Both the position numbers and the translations under genes were made by a program. Below, in pieces: positions 1 to 13,700 of a DNA stretch of 64,000 nt. The stretch covers positions 11,966,001 to 12,030,000 of the forward strand of contig CM102290.1 of NCBI GenBank assembly GCA_046563655.1, written 5' to 3'. Numbering within the stretch: the stretch's first letter is position 1; the number at the start of each line of letters is the position of its first letter. Origin of the DNA: Yuukianura sp. NJ FZ-2021 (lineage: Eukaryota). The notes below the pieces were generated by a model, which saw nothing but the letters and a program-made list of their open reading frames with translations, did not search any database and was not told the origin of the DNA.

Positions 1-3000
1 TTGGTAATTTCATATTTTTTTAAAATGAACAATCAATATCGAATTAGTTTTTTTTCGCTTTAGAACATACTAGCTTAGTATTTAATAAGGTTGGTTTGTA
101 ATTAAAGTGTGATTTGTTTGCACGTAGAAATATGTGAAAACAAAACTGCTCAGCATGTAGAAACTGATCTGCGCATGATTAGATCCTGATCATGACAGGC
201 ACTTAACACCATTACTTCTAAAGTGAGATTTGATGACACTGAAGTTGAAAAGAAACACTAGTTATAAAGATTCCTACAAGAAATTGTTTTTGAAATACCG
301 TAAAACTTCTAATAAGCGTCTGTCACTAACCAGTGATTGGTATCCATTAAACGCCGCGGTGTTCAGACTTAGAAATGCACTCCGGGGGAAAATAAGAGAT
401 TGTGAATACACGCCTGGGCGTATATTGGAAGTTTTGCGGTATAACGGAAATAAATCTCATGTTATTGCAATTTGGAACTAACAAATGGTAATTTGCGATT
501 TGCACATTGTAAATTGTGTGAGTATTTTTTGTATTTGTAAAAATGGAGTACTTAAGGGAAAGTCTTGGGCGGGAAAAGACGAACTCGTTTTGATTTTCCA
601 TTGTTCCACAACCGTCATTATCATCGTCTTCCTCAACTTGTTCAATCGTTTCAGCCTCATTTGTCATTAGGCTCATGGGCGAACATGCGCATTGGCAAAG
701 TGACATTAGTTACTCCCTTTTAAGTCCACAGGTCCAACAATGCTTGTTTCCAATTTAACCATGAATTAGTTCCAAAAGAGACCTTTGGATTGGCAATGCC
801 AGTCAAAGGTCAAACGTAGGTCACTGCCAAGCCATAACTTAATTGGCGTAGCAATTCGAAAGCCGAACAGTGAAAATTTGTTGTTTGGTTTTTACTTTTT
901 GATGTTTTTAGATTTTGAAATTAAACATTGTACTAAAAGAAGTGTAGGATTACGTTCGTTCTACGTCGTTTAAGTTGACCCTGAACTTAATGGAGGCAGT
1001 GGAGCTCAACACGCACAATTTCTATTGTTTATTGGCGGCAAATGATAAAAATCTTCTTTAAAATGTTTTTTTATCAAAATACTAAAACTAAAATTAACCT
1101 TAACTTAACTTATTACATTGAGAGCTCTCACTTCTTGTAAACTTTACTACGTACTCAAAGCGTACAAATTTTTAAGTAGCTCAGTTTACCAGAAAATTTG
1201 ACACAAATTCGCTGTAGCATGTCCACCTATAAAATTATGCTGCCACTTTTGTAGTATTGATACTGACGTGAATGCTGCTTGCACTTTTCCTGCAAACTCT
1301 CAAATTTTACCACAACTTTTAAATTTGAAAACGATATTTTGAGCAAGTACAGAAAAAGATGAAATCAGTCGATTAGAGTTTGATTTTTTACAAATTTAAA
1401 GAAGATTTTTGCGGAAAGTGAAAATGCAACTTTTCTTTTTCTTTGTTTCTGATTTATTAGGGAGAGTTTGCTGTAAAAAAAATTTGAAGTTATAGTCACA
1501 GTCACAGACTGTCACTTTGTGCAGTCAATTTGCAAAGAAAAAATCAAATTGTTTTGTGTATGTCGCCAATTCGCACTGACAAGGTTTACACGTTCCGTTC
1601 GCAGTTTCTTAATTTTTGTTGAATGAGGTGAGAGATGAATCTAATCTTCAAGGTTTTTGTCATTTGGTTGTGTATCCTGTGCATAAAATTTGTTTTACTT
1701 TGGTTCATTTAATATTTAACGGTCTGAAACAATGTTAAAGTGTAATATTGAAATGAATTTTCAAAACGACGGAAATGACAATTTCTGAAAAAAATGGCAA
1801 TTTCCTTTTTAGCTTAAAATTTAAAACGCCCAACGATTAAAACTCATAGAAAAACGTTTCTGGTATGGGTGGTTTTGCAAATTGTCTTCAAAAATTTGCA
1901 TGATTTTGCAAATCGATAAATCTACGAATTCCGTTTTTTTTTTGCAAATTTACATTCAAAATTTCGCAATTGTGTCAAAAATGACAAGTGCAATGACGTT
2001 AGATGTGATGTGACGCGGCTAAAGTTTACAAAATTCTTATCGCTTAACTTTGAGTTAACCCTTAAGTTGGTGACAAACTTTTGCAAAAAAAATTTTCAAT
2101 GTTGTTGAATTAAGAATTAACTGGAATTTATATACCTCATTGTGCCAAAATTTTAGAGTTAGCCTGTTTCGAAATAGGCCATAACTAAATTGTTGCAAAT
2201 TTTTGGCGCCAAAGTTTAAACGCACACGTTTGCTTCCTTCCGCTTGATTTAAGTACGTTCTGTTCGATAGGAAATATGATAGGTGCAAAAAAAAACGTGC
2301 CAAATTCTGTACAAACTTCTTCTCGCCGTTAAAACGTGATTGTTGTGGGAAAAGAATGAAGTTGAAATTCGAGTTTTCCTTTTAAATTGACTTCCATTTG
2401 TTGATGGATGAGAACTGTAAAAAATGCGAAAAGAAAATGGACAACACAATTATTGTTGAACCGCACCACCAAACCAACTTATCAGCAGCACACCAACAAC
2501 ATCAAGTCACCACAACATTGCAATTTTTTTTTTGCAAATTTCCAATTTGCAAATTGAGTACTGCTACGAAACGTCACGTTGGTGTAGGTAACTATTACAC
2601 TTGCCATTTTGATTTCCGTCCGGACGGCACAGTCACACCAACAAAAGGAGTTTGACTTATTTGCCAATTTAGTTTTTGCACAAAAAAATTATGCCTTAGA
2701 TTTACTTCCTCATAGTTAAGTTGATAAGAGATTCGTTTAAGCTATGCATAGTAAAATGTGCAGGTTAGGAATTTCAAAATGTTCAAAATCAAATTTGGAA
2801 AAAATTATTAAAAAAGTTGTAAATCATGCGGTCAAGTGGCGTTGCAGTTACTAAAATTCAAGAAATCAAGTAATATCAACGTCACTTTTTGAGTTATTCC
2901 CATTTTGCGTCCAACTGCTATAACTCTAGTTGTTGGGTAATTGGAATTTGGAAGAGATTTGCATTGGCTCTTAACAATGACACCATTATTGCGCAAACTC

Positions 3001-4591
3001 AACAATGAGAGTAGCAAAGGACTATGACTAATTTCCACTTTGTTCCTTGAAGAGGTTACGACGAGGGATTTCCGACGGATTCAAATTCCAAATATTTGCA
3101 TTCTCTCCAAATCCTACAATCAACAAGCAGCATCCTATTTTTGCATTTTGCAAAATCTTTTCTTTTTTGCAACAATGCTCCAATGCCGACTTTTGTCTTT
3201 GTCTGTGACATTATAGTGACTTTGTAAGTTACAAATTGTAACGTCACTTAAAAGCTGCAGCGTGTAACTAGTTACTTCCTCAGACTTCAACTGCATTAAT
3301 ACACCCATGTCCTAATTATGACCTGCAAAAAGGGCAACAGAAAGCTGCTCATACAAGAGCTAACTAGATTTTTGAATTTGCCGCAATCATTCTTCTCAAA
3401 AAAAAATGGATGGCTTTTTTTCTTTTCAAAACGCAATGTTCATATAGCAACGACATAGTTTTCCTTTACCAGGTTAGACATTAAGTCCTGTTTTCAAAAA
3501 ATATCGCCCCAAACAATTTTTTCCTCCAATTTTCTGCCAATCCCATTTGATTACATATAAATCATTGCCATAGGGAGGCACTGGAACCAAGTTTTGCTTA
3601 TTTTTTAACAAAATTTGAAAAGTTAGAGTTATTGCCTAACCTGCTGAAGAAAAATGCATTTTCTTGTTTACGAACCTTGTTCAAAACGTATCAAAATGAC
3701 TTCTGCCATTATAAAAAGTGAAAAAGAACAGAAATATATTCAGTTTGAATTCACATTCCAGAATTTTCTACAAAAACGAATTTCCTTTCATAAAATTTGG
3801 GCGAAACCGTTGTGTTTGTAATTCCAAATGAAAAAAAAAAGTGCCAATGAAAATTAGGCTTTATCCGGAAAGTGAAATCTGAGAATTTTGGATGCGAGGA
3901 GATGATGCTACAATGCATCGATGTTATGAACTTCTACGTTAAGTTATGCTTGTGTTTAGGTTAGTGTTGAAATTGTTGTTTTGTTCGTTAAATTAGGCGG
4001 AGGAGGTACAATTTATTATTTGGCGTCTTTGTAAAAATATGGCCTGCCTCCTTTTTCTGCGTAATGCCAAGTCAAGGAATTCAAAACATGAAGAAACACT
4101 GAGCAATGTGCGTTTTTTGAAGTGGTGATGTGCACATGCGCTTCAGTAGAGAGATCACTTTTACCTGTCAACTATTTTTTCTTTGTTGTGATGAGATAGG
4201 AAAGACTGTTACTAGAAAGTGATTCCATTGTTTAACTAAAAAGTCCGTGAATTGTTGGCTTTAAAAGGAAGGTTTATGAAGTAATGCCTAAAGGATTCGA
4301 AACGTGTGCCATTTTGAGAGAGATTCAATTCGACAAAGGAATTAACACATTTTGAACTTCCCACCAAATTAAGTACAGTACAACCTCATCCATCAATTCC
4401 ACCAATTTGCTCAGACAGGTGAAAAAAGTTAATCAATCAGTGTTCAGGCATTCAAGTTACGCTTGATTTCACATCAGACGAATTTTTGTGTGCAATGTAG
4501 CCAAAATGACCTCTTGGTCTGTGTAACGCATGTGTTGTGACCTAACGTAACATTATCATACCTTTCATAAGTTTTTTTTTTTGAATTTCAG

Positions 4592-7467
4592 GTTCGGATT
4601 CTGGGCCTCAACATTTAAATATGTAAGAAATTTCGTTTTTGTAAACTTTTACTACCGGGTTCAAAATTTTGAAAACCGTATCATGAATTTTTAGAAAACG
4701 AAATCCACGAGTTGGCGGATCAGCCAGCGTGGATTACAGCAATGGATTTCCGAGTGGATTTACACAAGGATTGCCCACATTTGACTTCTCGGGACCAATA
4801 ACCTCGGCCAGTAAGGTCACAGATTTGACCTTGGATTTTATTTTTTTTGTAAAAGGTCAATGACCTTCGTATATTTATTTTTCCATAGGTGAATCGGAAC
4901 AAAGTGCGGCAGATACAGAAAACGTAGGGTTCGTACATGGACCGCCAGATGGATTTCCAAGTCTCTCGCAACTCGGAGGTGACTTTCCGAGTTACGACAG
5001 GGACGACGAACGCCCAACAAGTCACAGACGTTATAGGCCTGAAGGTCAGCGGGAAGTTTAAAATTTTTGAATAACTTGAACCATCTATGCTGATCAATTT
5101 TAACATTTATGTTTTTGCACAGGGTCACACAAGGTCAACTCCCAGCGTGACCCGATTCCAACAGGAGCTGAGCATTCACTGTCACATGATGGACCAGTTC
5201 CAGCCCAAAGCCAACCGGAGTTACAACGTAGACCGAACAACCAACGTCGCCCTCTCCAAAAACCAATTCGTGTAACAAAGCAGAAGTTGCGACATCCAGG
5301 ACCTTCTGGCCAAAGTCATCAGCAACATCAGCATCATCAGCAGCTTCAGCAACATCAGCAACAGAGACCTGAGCCTGGAGTGAGCAGTTCTGGAGGGCAT
5401 AACCAGTATGTTGCGCCTCCTGCGCATGAGCAACACTACACAAACCCCAGTCATCCCATCCAGCATCCCGAACACCGTGGAAATGCTCCAGTCGTACTCA
5501 AGGTTTCTAGTATAAAGACGCGTCCTACAAAACTCCCGCCTCTGCCACCTCCATTCTACGCTCCTTCACCAGATTTCCAAGCAAGGAAGCTAAAGGTAAC
5601 GACAAATGCAAAATTTAAATACTAGACCATTTTTTGCTATTTGCAAGGTGGATAGACAAAGAAATACTTTTTCTTTAACAGGTTAGGCAAGAACTCGAGT
5701 TTTAAGGTTTTTCCGAAAAATTTTCAAAACTGAATTGACCTAGTTTCAATCGCTGTTGGTATGGTAAACGGGTTTTAAAAATTCGGAGAGAAGGTTTTGA
5801 ATTGGCAAATTCAAAGTCGAAAAGGAGTAAAAGATAGACAAAAATTTCTAGATTTTTCCAAAACAGGACTTATTGCCCAACCTGTTAAAACTATTTCGTT
5901 GCTACAGCAACCTTGGGTATTTGTACAAAATTTAGGTACATTAACTTAGGTAACCTCTGACCTATCAACATATCGAGCGTAAAATTGCAACAACAATGAG
6001 GAAATGATGACTTTAGGATGAGTGAAGTTGAGAATTAGCGAAATAAATGCAAAGCCGCGCCCCCTTTGTTCTCGTTTGGTACATTAAAACGCTCAAATGT
6101 CTCACTTAACCTCATTCACGAAAAGACGACTTTTCAAAACGAAAAAAAATCCTCTCGGCAAAAATTTTTGTAGCATTATGATGGACGTTTTGGCATAAGG
6201 AGTCGATTAATTAAGGTCACTTGCAAATATGATCCACACTAATCCTCTGCACAGAAACAGAACAACAGGAAACATGTCAGATTAGGTTTTTACAACTGTC
6301 ATGTTTATGAAGTATTGGCACACACTAAACACTGTGATTTGTGAACTAATAACCTGAATTGGGACATGTTAAGTTAAAATTTAATAAGTTACTAACTGGA
6401 GGTGAAAACTTATTCATTACATTTCTTTTATTTTTTGACAGAACAATGAGGCGTCCCAGCCTCAACGTCAACCCGGATTCCAGCAAAGGTACAGGCGGGA
6501 AATTCAAACTTCCGAACAAAAAACGGTACTGAAAAAACAACCGACGAGTTCTGCGCCGCCAAAAACTCAACCGTCTGATTCTGCTAAGCTGAAACCCCAA
6601 ACGAAAAATTCTGCTCAATCGAAAACACAACTAGCAGCTTCTGCGCAACCGAAACAACAACTAGCAGCTTCTGCGCAACTCAAAGAAGTTGATTCGGCAG
6701 ACCAAATGCAAGATGGCTCCGACGACACCTTCTGGGAAACCCCTTCTCCTTACATCTCCTTTGACAACTACGAAGACGAAAAAACTGGCAACACTGGAAT
6801 TCAGTCTATTCATCGCAACGGTTCTTCCAGAGACCACGACGCTGGAGAACAGCGTTTCTTCCCATCATTTCCACCCACAAATCCATACTTGAGTGCAATC
6901 CATCCCTTCATCACAGCTCCAGCACGACCGCCACTCTTTCCAGGCCCCACAGCCAACCGAGCCCCCTCAAGGTCACAGTTTGGTCAAAAGTATGCCCATA
7001 CACAGCGAGGACCCAGCGGAGTCTATTCAGCAGAGAGTCATGATCATGGCGACCGCTATGTTGACAGTAACCTCCTGGGATCCGGAAATTTTGAAGTTGT
7101 GCGCGGCGGAACTTTTTATGAAGATGATGAAAACTATCATCCTGGATTCGTAGGCTCCCAGCATCAGCATTCTACTGGCGGAGATGAAGGTGGAGACTAC
7201 TACCACCATAATGGTCACTCCTCTCCGACTGGATTTGGACATCAACCGGGTTCGGACTTCTTCGCCAACTTCCGTGACTTTGCTGATATCAATCCCCACT
7301 CCAGAGCGTTTTCACATAATTTTGAAACAGCAGTAAACTTGGAATCGGCTGCAAGTGAACGAAAACCACAAAATATTTTGGACAAACTGGAAAGTAGGTC
7401 AGATGACACCGAGCGTCTTGGAAGTACTAAAAGCATCGACAACGATCCAATGATGGCCACATACTAA
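4592..7467 (+). CDS. Uncharacterised low-complexity (Gln/His/Pro-rich) protein, probably secreted or cuticle-associated; 5' end not located
   Basis: Phase-consistent GT-AG exons 4592-4622, 4695-4810, 4889-5044, 5123-5595, 6442-7467 give one open frame. It contains a furin-like RYRR site, 10-aa repeats (QLAASAQPKQ) and a GSGNFEVVRGGTFY...FFANFRDFADI block that I recall from uncharacterised arthropod proteins. The first identified exon starts in phase 1, so an upstream exon is missing. Confidence 0.7.
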
Positions 7468-10400
7468 AAACGCACATGCGCAAATGGTTTTTATATTTTA
7501 AGAGTTTTTTTTTTGCCATTGTTAATACTTTTTCTACTCGTCGTAGGTTTTAGAACGCATTTTATTAAAAAAAATACTCCTGTCTCCTTGAAAAAACAGT
7601 TTTCAAAGTTCAAGTTTTTCAAAATTGACGGAAATTTAGTGCCATTTTGACACATCTAGTCGTGAGCTACACTTCTTGACGTTTATGTGTTCATGTTCAC
7701 TTTGAGCCGACTTTTCATCCAGTATCTCATCGTGAATTTTGGTTGATGGTGTTAGACACACAGTAATCAGCGTGTTCCCTGGAGACCTGTTGGATCTGTG
7801 TCACTATATATCGTGGATCACGAAAGCTGTTTCTCACTGTCGAGAACTTAAAAACTTTGAAGATGACACAACACGATGATGACGCGCGTCATGACGGTGA
7901 TCTACTAATCATTACGCACGCAACGAAACTTGTACTTAAATTATAGTTTTAAGTTGAAATCTAGGATGTAAACAATGTGTTTACTTAGGAATCCAACTAT
8001 TTCGTTCGTGAGATTCTGCCTTTGTTCATCCTGGCCTTCACAAAAGGGTTTTTACCAACCTGAATTTCTTAATTTTTTCCAAGGTTACAGTTTCAACAAC
8101 AACCAGTGGAAAGTTGACCCCAAGGTCATCATGTCTGTTGCAGACTGTTTTTTGCATTATTTTGTAAACGAAGTGTTTCCGTGCGCGGAAGCTGGTAATA
8201 GGTCAATATTTTTTCGTTTTTGTGTTCCAGGACAACAAAAATGGAGTGGCATTCTTCACTAATGCAAATTGCGTAGGTAGGATTTGTGTTGTCTAAGGTC
8301 AGATTAGGTCTAGGTTAAGGTGAAAACAACTTTAGGCTAGATGTCACTAATGGCCAATCTCTAACCCAGTAAACTACTGAAATAGTTAGTACACCAGCTT
8401 ACTTTGTAAAAGTTAGTTGAGAACTTAACAGCTTTACTATGATAGGAATCGGGTGGTTAGAATAGCAAATGTTAGGGTTTCATAGTTGCATGAAGTTTGC
8501 AAATGCACAATTGAGATGATTTTGTTCAAAAGTGCTAAAAACTTTAGAAAGTGATGCAAATCCAAGAAGTTTTGAAGATACTAAAGCCACTTTTTAATTT
8601 GTGGGAGCCGCTGCTAACTATGTGTGTGCATTTACTATTTGTAATGATAATTGGAGTATTTGTGGTTAACTGAAGTGAGTCCACAAATAAGTTGGGCGGT
8701 AGTCCAGTCCAAGGCTACTTGCTATTAAAAATGTCCTAATAAAGTTATGCTCTCTGGACCATGGACAATGGAGTATAGTACTTCCAGATAATCATGGAAG
8801 CATGAAAATACGCGGTGCCCTTGAAACATTAAAGACAACAAAAGACATACCTAGTATCATAATCTGCGTGTATACAAGTTAAGGTTAGCTGTCGCCCATG
8901 GCCCAAAGTCTAGACAAAAATAGGATGATGTATCTCTTATTTTTTAAAACTGTTTTTGTCATATTTTGTTGTTTTTGTTTTTAATAAGTTTTTCGTAATT
9001 TTGATAATTAATTTTTGTTTATTTTCATTTCATTTTCCTGGTAGTGACTGCATGCTGGACAGGAATATAAAATTTCGTCGCGGTTTACCTAAGTTTGATA
9101 TTACAAGGTGGTGACCATAAGTCGCTCATGGTCGTGGTCAATACAATAGTGTGAGTCGTCTTGGTTTCAGAGACATGCGCATGCGCGGAACAGCGTGATG
9201 TGATATATTGCACATACACCCCAGCGTCATGATCGTTTGTCATTTTCGAATTCCTACAGTGACAGGGATTGACCTCATAAAGTACAGATTACAGCAGTCC
9301 ATGGGCTGACCACAAGCCATATCATACCGTGTGACTAATTACTGTTTTAAGTGGGCGCTAATTGAGAAATTGACACTCCATAAATTAGTCATGAAAATAA
9401 CATAGTCGGTCTCCCGCTATTGTTACAGGTTGCAAAAATCAAACGTCGGCATTCAAAATGAGCCTCCACTGAAGAATTTCCGACATTTGAGAAATGAGGC
9501 ACATTTCGGTTTCTCGGAAAAATATCCGTTTCCGAGATTTTGAAGGTGAAATGATACGAATAATTGAAAAGCTAGGAGTAAAAACAATTAAAAGTGCTGA
9601 CTTTCGTTAGTTCTGAGAAGCCGCTGTGTGGGAAGTATATTGGATGACTTGTGGAGTATCTTATTGACCCATGGCCAAAGTGACTCCGTGACTGTGATGC
9701 GCTGAGGCCGGCGCCTGTCAAATCTCCACACATGCTGCATTGTGTCTGTATACGACTAGAATTTACTATGTTTGGTGGATGGAGTTTGTGCAAAAAGACA
9801 AGAAAATGTAGCGATGTAGACATCGGCTGACGGGGTGACGAGTATTAACCGAATCCATGTATGACTCGATTTTTACCACTTCAAACTAAACCAGTATAAC
9901 TAACTTAAATGAGTTGAATGCAGCTTTTAGTGTTTTACTTAACAATTGTTCATCATTGCAAATTAATTTCCCAAGTAAGGTTAAGCGGAAGTTTATATTT
10001 GAATTATCTTTTTTTTTTTATATATTTATGATATTTTTTTTGAAAACCCCATTGAAATTTGTATTTCAGCTGAAATTACAAGAAATGGTGAAACACTCAC
10101 AGGCCTAAGGCAGGTTGAGGAATTTGCAACGTACTGTTGATAATCAAATATTATATTATTAATTATTATAAGAATATTATATTTTTTATATTCAATTTGA
10201 GAATGGCAAAAAGGGCGCTTCTCGTAATCTTTTAGCAGCTTCTAAAAATGTCATGACAACAACTTTCATATACTAGGTAGGTATATCATAGAAAGCTTGT
10301 TTGTATTTTTTTTAACGGAACGGTGCGCGGTGTGCGGTGTGGCAATCCGCGTGGATATCCAAATCAGGAAGTAGTTGGACTGACGATACGGTTCACTTTT

Positions 10401-10762
10401 TTGATTGTATTGCGTAGTTGGTGTCGAGTTTTCAGCCGGTACGAAACTCCGTATCGGTACCGTCGCCGGTCTGTTCGATAAAAAGTGGGTGATTGGAACC
10501 GGAGTATACCGTACACCTCTACCATTGGATTTTGTGTATGCCTCAGAGTCTGTAGGGTGGGTTGTGTCCCGTCTGCCTCCTCTGCTCTCTCATCAATTCG
10601 TCCTCCCTGGGATTCCTCTGTCTCTCGCCTCTCGTCAATTGGAAATTGGAATTCAGTCAATTGTTCAGTGCCGTCCGGGAACCCTCCCAAGTAGTCAATG
10701 TGCTCCCAAGCGCCAGTTCCCTGCCAATAAGTATCCAGGGAGACAGTATCAAATTAGTAACT

Positions 10763-13700
10763 ATGACAAGTCAGACTACTACCCTATTCTACACACTCCA
10801 TGGATTCGCCGTCTTTCTCATTGTCTTCTGGTCAGCAATTTGGGTACTTCACATCATAGCCCTGTTCTGGAGGTAAGGGTCATACCGATTATTCAGTGTC
10901 TAAACAGGAAGTACGGCAGTATGCCAGTTTACCTGTGGACTTGTTTCCTGGAAACGTAGTCGTGATCATGTCATTCATTTAGTATGTATGTCACGTCGAT
11001 GACTCAATGTTATCGTCCTTAACCTTGCGTCGCTACTCGATGAAGGTAAACTGGTGTATCGTTGGGATGAACACAGGCAAATTGTTCCACAAGATGCTTA
11101 CGAAGTATCTTGGGAAGCTGGAGCACTTAGCTCCTAATCTTCACATCATAATGTTTCAATTTCGGTAGTCTGATCTTAATAGGCTCTTAGCGTCTTTGGT
11201 TAGTACTAACTAATGTGTCATTCACGTTTCTCATGACACGAAGATGCTCTAATGTAATGAAATGTTACTTGTACTTTAGAAAAGTCCAAGAAGCCCTAGC
11301 AGACTTGAGACTAGACATGACTCATCATCAACAACATCTTAACCTCTCTTTGTTTGATACAGTAATTGGAAGTTACACCGCAAGTTGCCAATCTTGGATC
11401 CCGAAATTCCGCTTCCAGGAGTGTCCATTCTAAAACCGTTAGTCGGGGTGGATCCTAACTTGTATTCCAATCTAGAATCATTCTTTACCATGGGCTACCC
11501 AAAGGTAAATTGATTCTCAGTTTAATCACGAATTTAAGTTGTACTCTGTGAAGTTAAATGTTCTGTTTGATTTCTTTCAGTATGAGCTCCTTTTTTGTGT
11601 TCAAGACAAATCAGACCCAGCGATTCAGCTTGTCGAAAGTATTATGAAGAAATACCCATATGTCGATGCAAAATTATTCGTTGGTAATTCTTTTCTTTTT
11701 CAAATACTTGGGCAATATTTCCAAGGTCGTATGCTAACTTTTCAATTTACTTTTATAGGTGGGGAAAGCGTAGGCATTAATCCTAAAATTAATAACATGC
11801 AACCGGCTTACGCAGCAGCGCGACCAGATTATGAACTGGTTCTCGTGTCGGACAGTGGCATTCGCAGTAAGTGGTTTACTTTTCAATGTTCCTCAATTTT
11901 CGAAAACGTTTTTATGTGAATTGTACACGGATTTTTATTTTGAATCTTGTCTATGTACAGTGAAAGAAGACACTTTGCTGGACATGGTGATCAACATGAC
12001 GGAATCCGTTGGACTTGTCCATCAAATGCCTTACGTCTGTGATCGGCCCGGATTTCCAGCCATTCTGGAAAAGGTGAGGATATGAATCAACTATTTACCA
12101 CTACCACGTTAGTTAGGATTTTACTAGCTGAGTAATCAGTTGAGGTGTCAATTAATGGGATAGCAATTCATCACTTTTAGTTTAGCGGGTTTTCGGCGCC
12201 ACATTGTAACTTGGGGAGAGTAGGCAGAGCAGGGCATGATTTTTTTTTATTATGGTCATTACTTATCGGTTTCATGGCACTTCCACATTTCTGTTTTTGA
12301 ATTATGCGCCACTGCTCGCTGAAAGTGGGCAAGCAGGGTATGTGAGTTCTATTTGAAGTGGGAAAATCTCAGGAATTGGATTGTTGAGGAAATAGGAAAA
12401 ATGTGTGGAAATGAAAAGTGAAAATTCCTACTTTCACTTTTCTTTTTCAATGTTTTGGAATGGAACTGGCTGGAAATGGGGATGGGAGACTTAATTTCCG
12501 GTTTCCATGGCCTGTTCGTCTGTCCGGTTTCTCTGATGTGTATCCCAACTATTACAAGAAGTAACAAAACCAGTTCTTTTTAATATGTTTTGATTTTAAT
12601 AAAATAAGGCACGGATTCAACTGATGATAGTGATTCCTAGTCCGTTGTTGCAAACTTAAATGAAACCAAATTGTCCCAACCAACGGCCTCGCAATCATAT
12701 CATAATCTAAATTCCAGCGGAGACCAAAGTTCAACTTTGAGTTAAAAAAAATATAAGGTTAATCCCTCCTTAACTTTCTCACTGTGTAATAACTGCCAAT
12801 TTAAATTTCATTTTTGAAAAAATGCAATTAATTGTTAGCTAAATACGTCGCAGAGGAAATATTACGAAGTGTTAATGCCGATTTTTACCGCGCTTAAAAT
12901 TAATCGTTTTTTTTTTCAAGTATTTTGAAACATCTATTACTCAAATTTCGAAATTTCCGATTTCCGACAAAATGTAAGTACAAATTGCACTTTGCAGATT
13001 CATTAAAAATGAATTAATAGTCGGCATTTAAAAAGTTTTTGGTGGGAAGGCTGCAGCGATTGGCCTGGTGCGAATAGAAAATTAACTTACGACCATTACA
13101 AAGCCTATTTTTAAAGATAAGCGATTTCATCACATAGAATTCAACAATGGCAATATTTCATCTCTTGCGCTTATTCTAAAAAGTTAGCATTCGCATTTCG
13201 CAAAAACCGATTTCGCATTTGTCTAATCTGGGGCACTCGAGAGTCAGAGTCATGAGATTGGCCTTATCTGGAATTAGCAATGTTCCATGTCCCAGAACTG
13301 TTTGGACAGGGGGTACTTTAGCACGTAGGCGGTGGGGGCATCGTCATTGTTTCTCTTTTAAGTGTCCAAAGGGCAGATATGAAGATTGATCCCATGCAAA
13401 GTGATCATTTTGTGCGGATATTGACAGGGATATGACTCAATTGTACAAACAATGGTTGATTACATATGTATTATGGAAGTGATTTATACTTATTTTATGA
13501 CCTAGCGTTTTTCTTTTCATGTAGACTTGTTGGAAAATATCTAAATATGAAATGTTTGTTGGACATCATGTGACATGATTTGGAAAAACGTTAGGCTTGA
13601 AAAGCATTTAGGACAGAAGATGATTGGATGTTTTCATCCTTGATGTTTCTTGTTATTTGAATTCATATCTCAAGGCTCGTGAGACGATACTGGTTTATGG

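Noticed and set aside
1..4590. Several 60-119 aa ORFs at the window start
   Set aside because: No recognisable domains and no convincing splice chain; may hold the missing first exon of the 4592-7467 gene, but I could not identify it.
10405..10959. 184-aa ORF overlapping the UGCG start
   Set aside because: Non-ATG start, different frame from UGCG, crosses its splice donor, no recognisable motif; most likely 5' UTR.
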